64,000 bases of DNA, from the NCBI GenBank assembly GCA_001643675.2, contig LSRY02000011.1, forward strand, positions 1,488,001 through 1,552,000, given 5' to 3'. This document shows positions 59,985 through 64,000 of the stretch, piece after piece (the stretch's first letter is position 1; each line of letters opens with the position of its first letter). The notes beneath the pieces were generated by a model. It did no database searches, was not told the origin of the DNA, and saw nothing but the letters and a program-made list of their open reading frames with translations. The stretch is from Monocercomonoides exilis PA203 (taxonomy: Eukaryota; Protista; Preaxostyla). The position numbers were made by a program, and so were the translations under genes.

Positions 59985-62900
59985 CTAATCTTCGTGTTCC
60001 TTTAATTTTCCAATTGCCCCTTCGCTGCTTTGAGCTTCGCTGTTCTTTGTTTTTCCTTTTTCAATTACACCTGAATGTGAAAGAAGCTGCGAAAATAATG
60101 AATTCTGATCTTTCATCAGAGCCTGTGGTGTGTCCATCTCCTTTACCTTTCCATTGTCCATTACAAGAATCCTGTCGCATTCAACAATCGTATTCAGGCG
60201 ATGAGCTATGATGATTGCTGTCTGCCCAGCAAACGATGTTCTGATAGTGTGCTGGATCTTGCTGTCAGTCTCCGCATCCACATTAGCCGTCGCCTCATCC
60301 AGCACCACAATCTTACACTCATCCAGAATCGCCCGAGCTAAGCACAGAAGCTGACGCTGCCCGCAGCTCAGATTCGCACCTCCCTCTGCCACATGCGCAT
60401 TCAGCCCACTTTCCATCTGTCTCGCCACGTTTCCCATCTCCACAAGATCCAGTACCTTCCACAGCTCCTCATCGTCGTGTTTCTCTTCAATGTCCAGATT
60501 AGATCTAACTGTTCCTTCAAACAGAGTTGGATCTTGTGGAATAATTGCCATCGATCTCCTCAGCCGTCGCAAAGCCACTTTTGAAATATCAACTCCATCA
60601 ATCATTATCCGTCCGCTGTTATGCTCCTCTTCATCTGGAGAAACAGCTGCTCCTTCTTCAAGAGAATTTGATGATGAAGCAGAATGCTTCTTTTTCTTTG
60701 ATTTTCCATTGTCCTTCGGAGAGCCATTCGCTCCTTCCACAGGCAACCCGGTGTTGATGTCAATGGATTGCGGGGACAGTCTCTGATCAAGTTCCACCAG
60801 ACGAAACAATGCCTGAATGATGCTCGTCTTCCCTGCTCCTGTTCGTCCACACACTCCAATCTTTTCTCCCCCTTTAATCTTGAAGGACACATCCTTCAGC
60901 ACCAATGGCAGTCCCTTTCGATATCTGAAAGAAACATTTTCATATTCAATCTGTCCTTCTGAAGGCCAATTCGCATCTGGCTCAACTTCAACTTTTTTCG
61001 TCTCTTGAGGTAACTTCTTCGAGTAGAACTTCACTCTCTCAAGATTTGTCATATTCGACTCAACTTGCACTCCCATTGTGATAAGCATCGAACTTTGCCA
61101 TGTCAGCTGATTCGATGCATACACAGCAAGCCCAACGCTTGACGCTTTCATAAAATACCACCCAAACAATGTCACCCCAACAGTGAACAGAGAAGTTATT
61201 CCAGACAGTAGCAGATTCACCCACTGCAGTCCCTCTCGCACAAGAATAAACACAGATGCCCAAAGATTCACGTCCTCCTGGAATCTCTTCATCCACACAT
61301 CTTCCTTCTTCCCAATTCGGATCGTCGACAGCCCCGATCCCGTTGCCGTCTCTGTGAAACGTGCAATCACGGGACTTCGAGTGATCCCTTCCAATCGGGT
61401 TAAGTTTCGTGAGGTGCGTGGATAAGTCAGCAGAATCACGTGCAGCAGGACGAGTATAACAGCCACGAAAGCCAGGAAATAAGGCCAGTCAATGCCTCCA
61501 ACAATGGCAGTACCGACAACACCCAACCACATCTGGAGAAGATATGTGAATGTTGAAGGGAGATCTGAATCTGTCTTTGTGATGTCTGTGCTAAACCTGT
61601 TCAAGATCCTTCCAATTGGTGTCGTATCGAAGAACACTGGAGGACAACCAGCGACATGCGTTGCCAATTCATCATGGATCTTATTGTTTGCCCGCTTCAC
61701 AAACCGCGTGAATGTCCAAGCACGAAGCACGGCAAACAGAACGAAGGCAGTTGCAATAAACGCCATTATGCCCAGCTTCCAATCCAACCCCAGTGAAGGG
61801 TAAATGTAAGTTGAGCTGATGACGTTCATCCAGTAATAGTTCAATGTGTTGACTGCTTCACATACAACCAGAAGCAACAGATAGCAAATGATCAATGGAA
61901 CAGGCGCCATGTTCAAAAGATAGTCAAGATAGATTCTAAAAGGCACACTCGTTAACATTTGCTCTTCTTCTGTCATCATCTGCGACGCTGCATTCTGAGC
62001 TTCTGAAGACTCAGCTTTCGGTTCTTCTGTTGCTCCTTCTTCTGTTTCAGCGTCATCAACGGGCAATGAAGATTCATTATCAGATGCGGGCTGACACTCA
62101 GAAGAAAAAGAAGCCGAGGATGAAGATGACATTGCTGAAGAATCTGCTTTGCTTTCAGCAACAATCAAACTATTTTCAACTGTCTGAACAGACGACTTCA
62201 TCTCCTCGCAAATAGCTTCCATTTTTTCTGAATTATTTGCCTCTTCTTCTCTTCCTTCCGTCGTATTTTCTGTTTGCTGTTCGTTTCTCTCCATTTCCTC
62301 CGATTTCATCTTTTCATTATCTTTTATGTTTTCCATTTCTTCATCTTTTTCTGATTCTTTATTTTTTTCGTTCTCTGTTTTCTTTCTCCATTCACTTTCC
62401 AGCTTCATCAAATCAATACCAATATCCTCCAACTCCTTCTTCGTTCCCCTTGCCAAAATCCTTCCCCCTTCCATCACAACCACATTATCTACCTTGTCTG
62501 CATACTGCACCTGGTTCGTTGCCAGAATGACTGTCGCTTTTCTCTTCTCCTTTAGCAGCCCCACGATACAATCTTCAAACAACTTCTTCCCAACATTTGC
62601 ATCCACAGCTGACAGCGGGTCATCCAACAACACGACATCGGCATCGCTATACACACACCGCGCCAACTGCAGCCTCGCCTTCTGTCCTCCGCTCATGTTA
62701 ATCCCCTTTTCTCCAATCGCTGTTTCATCGCCTGCACCAAATACAGCAAAATCCGGATCCAGACAGCACACAGACACGCACTCATTATATCGATCATCGA
62801 TCATTTCATTGTCAAACAGAATGTTTTCTTTGCATGTCCCGCTGAATATCCACGGAATTTGTGAAAACACCGACAATTTCCCCTTCACTTTCACTTTGGC

Positions 62901-64000
62901 TTCCTTTTTCATTGTCTCATTTCCTTTTTCATTATCATTCTTCTCGTTATTCCTCACTTCCACATCATTTCCTCCTTTTTCAATGTCTCCGCTGATCGCT
63001 GCCAGAAGTGAAGACTTCCCACTCCCCACAGCCCCAACCACCATTAAAAGCTCCCCTTTCTTCACTTTCAGCTCAATGTCGCTCAGAGTATTGCTCGATT
63101 TCAGTGCTGTTTCTGTATTTGCTTCTTCTGATAACGCTTCTGAAGAAGAAGAGGATGAAGATTGAGAAGAAGATGTTGATGCAGTTGTTGACGACATTTG
63201 TTGTTCATTTTTCATTGCAATTACAGATTCTGCTTTTTCTTCATTCATTTTACTTGCCTTAGGTTCACTTCCTTTACCTTTCTTTTGTTGCTTTTTCAAT
63301 TCTTTCTCTTTTCTTTTCATTTCCTCTTTCTCCTCTTTCTCTCTCTTCTTGGCTTCCTTCTCCAAATACTGCTTCTCTTCATTCATTAGCGGAATTGCAG
63401 GTGGCTCAGCCCATTTGAACGTTCCATTCTCAATAATCACTGAATATTCTGAATCTTCTTCATTACTATCAATTACACTTCTTTCTCCTTTCTCTCCTTT
63501 CCCTTTATCTTCTCCCCCTGTTTCTTCGTTCACATTGTCTTTATGCTCCTCCAGCATCAAAAACTCGCTCACTCGCCGAGACGATAGGAACAGCAGAAAG
63601 ACATACTGCATCATCATTGGAAACGACGTAGCTGCATTCGTAAAGATGCCCAAGATACTTCCGATCGGATAGAAGTAATTCATCACATCTCCATCGGCGA
63701 TCTTTACCCCTTTCAAAAACGCCGTCATCACCACCACCTGCAGAAACATCGGAAATGCAGACATGACCGAATATGTCATTTGCAGAGAAAACACAATGCG
63801 AGACACGTGATTCAACTGGACAGATCTGACTCGTTTTATACGATCAAGAAACACTGACTCCAACCCACTCAGTTTTATCATTCGAATCCCCTGAAGCATT
63901 TCATTTGTGGACTTTAGCCTTTTTTCGTTTGTTTCAAAATATCTGTTGAAGCCCTTGTACATCTGTGCAGATATTGCGGATTGCAAAGGAAATACCAGTA
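59985..64000 (-). CDS. ABCC/MRP-type ABC transporter (5' part lies beyond the window)
   Basis: NBD1 GAVGSGKSS / MSGGQ / VVLLDD, TMD2 with FFDTTPIGRILNRFS, NBD2 GRTGAGKTS / LSCGQ / IVVLDEAT / IAHRL. Confidence 0.95.
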   Translation of the reverse strand, partial: LVFPLQSAISAQMYKGFNRYFETNEKRLKSTNEMLQGIRMIKLSGLESVFLDRIKRVRSVQLNHVSRIVFSLQMTYSVMSAFPMFLQVVVMTAFLKGVKIADGDVMNYFYPIGSILGIFTNAATSFPMMMQYVFLLFLSSRRVSEFLMLEEHKDNVNEETGGEDKGKGEKGERSVIDSNEEDSEYSVIIENGTFKWAEPPAIPLMNEEKQYLEKEAKKREKEEKEEMKRKEKELKKQQKKGKGSEPKASKMNEEKAESVIAMKNEQQMSSTTASTSSSQSSSSSSSEALSEEANTETALKSSNTLSDIELKVKKGELLMVVGAVGSGKSSLLAAISGDIEKGGNDVEVRNNEKNDNEKGNETMKKEAKVKVKGKLSVFSQIPWIFSGTCKENILFDNEMIDDRYNECVSVCCLDPDFAVFGAGDETAIGEKGINMSGGQKARLQLARCVYSDADVVLLDDPLSAVDANVGKKLFEDCIVGLLKEKRKATVILATNQVQYADKVDNVVVMEGGRILARGTKKELEDIGIDLMKLESEWRKKTENEKNKESEKDEEMENIKDNEKMKSEEMERNEQQTENTTEGREEEANNSEKMEAICEEMKSSVQTVENSLIVAESKADSSAMSSSSSASFSSECQPASDNESSLPVDDAETEEGATEEPKAESSEAQNAASQMMTEEEQMLTSVPFRIYLDYLLNMAPVPLIICYLLLLVVCEAVNTLNYYWMNVISSTYIYPSLGLDWKLGIMAFIATAFVLFAVLRAWTFTRFVKRANNKIHDELATHVAGCPPVFFDTTPIGRILNRFSTDITKTDSDLPSTFTYLLQMWLGVVGTAIVGGIDWPYFLAFVAVILVLLHVILLTYPRTSRNLTRLEGITRSPVIARFTETATGSGLSTIRIGKKEDVWMKRFQEDVNLWASVFILVREGLQWVNLLLSGITSLFTVGVTLFGWYFMKASSVGLAVYASNQLTWQSSMLITMGVQVESNMTNLERVKFYSKKLPQETKKVEVEPDANWPSEGQIEYENVSFRYRKGLPLVLKDVSFKIKGGEKIGVCGRTGAGKTSIIQALFRLVELDQRLSPQSIDINTGLPVEGANGSPKDNGKSKKKKHSASSSNSLEEGAAVSPDEEEHNSGRIMIDGVDISKVALRRLRRSMAIIPQDPTLFEGTVRSNLDIEEKHDDEELWKVLDLVEMGNVARQMESGLNAHVAEGGANLSCGQRQLLCLARAILDECKIVVLDEATANVDAETDSKIQHTIRTSFAGQTAIIIAHRLNTIVECDRILVMDNGKVKEMDTPQALMKDQNSLFSQLLSHSGVIEKGKTKNSEAQSSEGAIGKLKEHED

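Noticed and set aside
62610-62700. Degenerate Walker B (LDD) in NBD1 as a sign of inactivation
   Set aside because: An asymmetric, degenerate NBD1 is normal for the ABCC family.

Overview
AT-rich, intron-containing eukaryotic DNA. The gene families and low-complexity style suggest an oxymonad (Monocercomonoides-like) anaerobic flagellate; this is an inference. Host genes use the standard code (they end in TAA, TAG or TGA). Contents in order: a foldback-like repeat element at the left edge; a ~2,570-aa single-pass surface protein with beta-helix-like repeats and a kinase C-lobe remnant; two tail-to-tail pseudogenes of one helical family; a ~3-kb nest of palindromic elements with a perfect 261-bp inverted repeat; a ~1,816-aa TmcB/TmcC-like polytopic membrane protein ending in an atypical hemerythrin domain; an NPC2/ML lipid-binding protein; a 13-exon secreted protein with ~77 Cys in helical spacing; an ARM-repeat protein; a PB1 protein; a SAM-kinesin-13; a VPS50/syndetin inflated about threefold by low-complexity inserts; a BTB-SPRY protein; a Merlin/IS1595-type DNA transposon (8-bp TSD) with a second TIR element inserted in its left TIR and a transposase broken only by three in-frame TAA codons; and the 3' part of an ABCC/MRP transporter. 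No rRNA, tRNA or CRISPR array was recognised. All gene models were built by eye.
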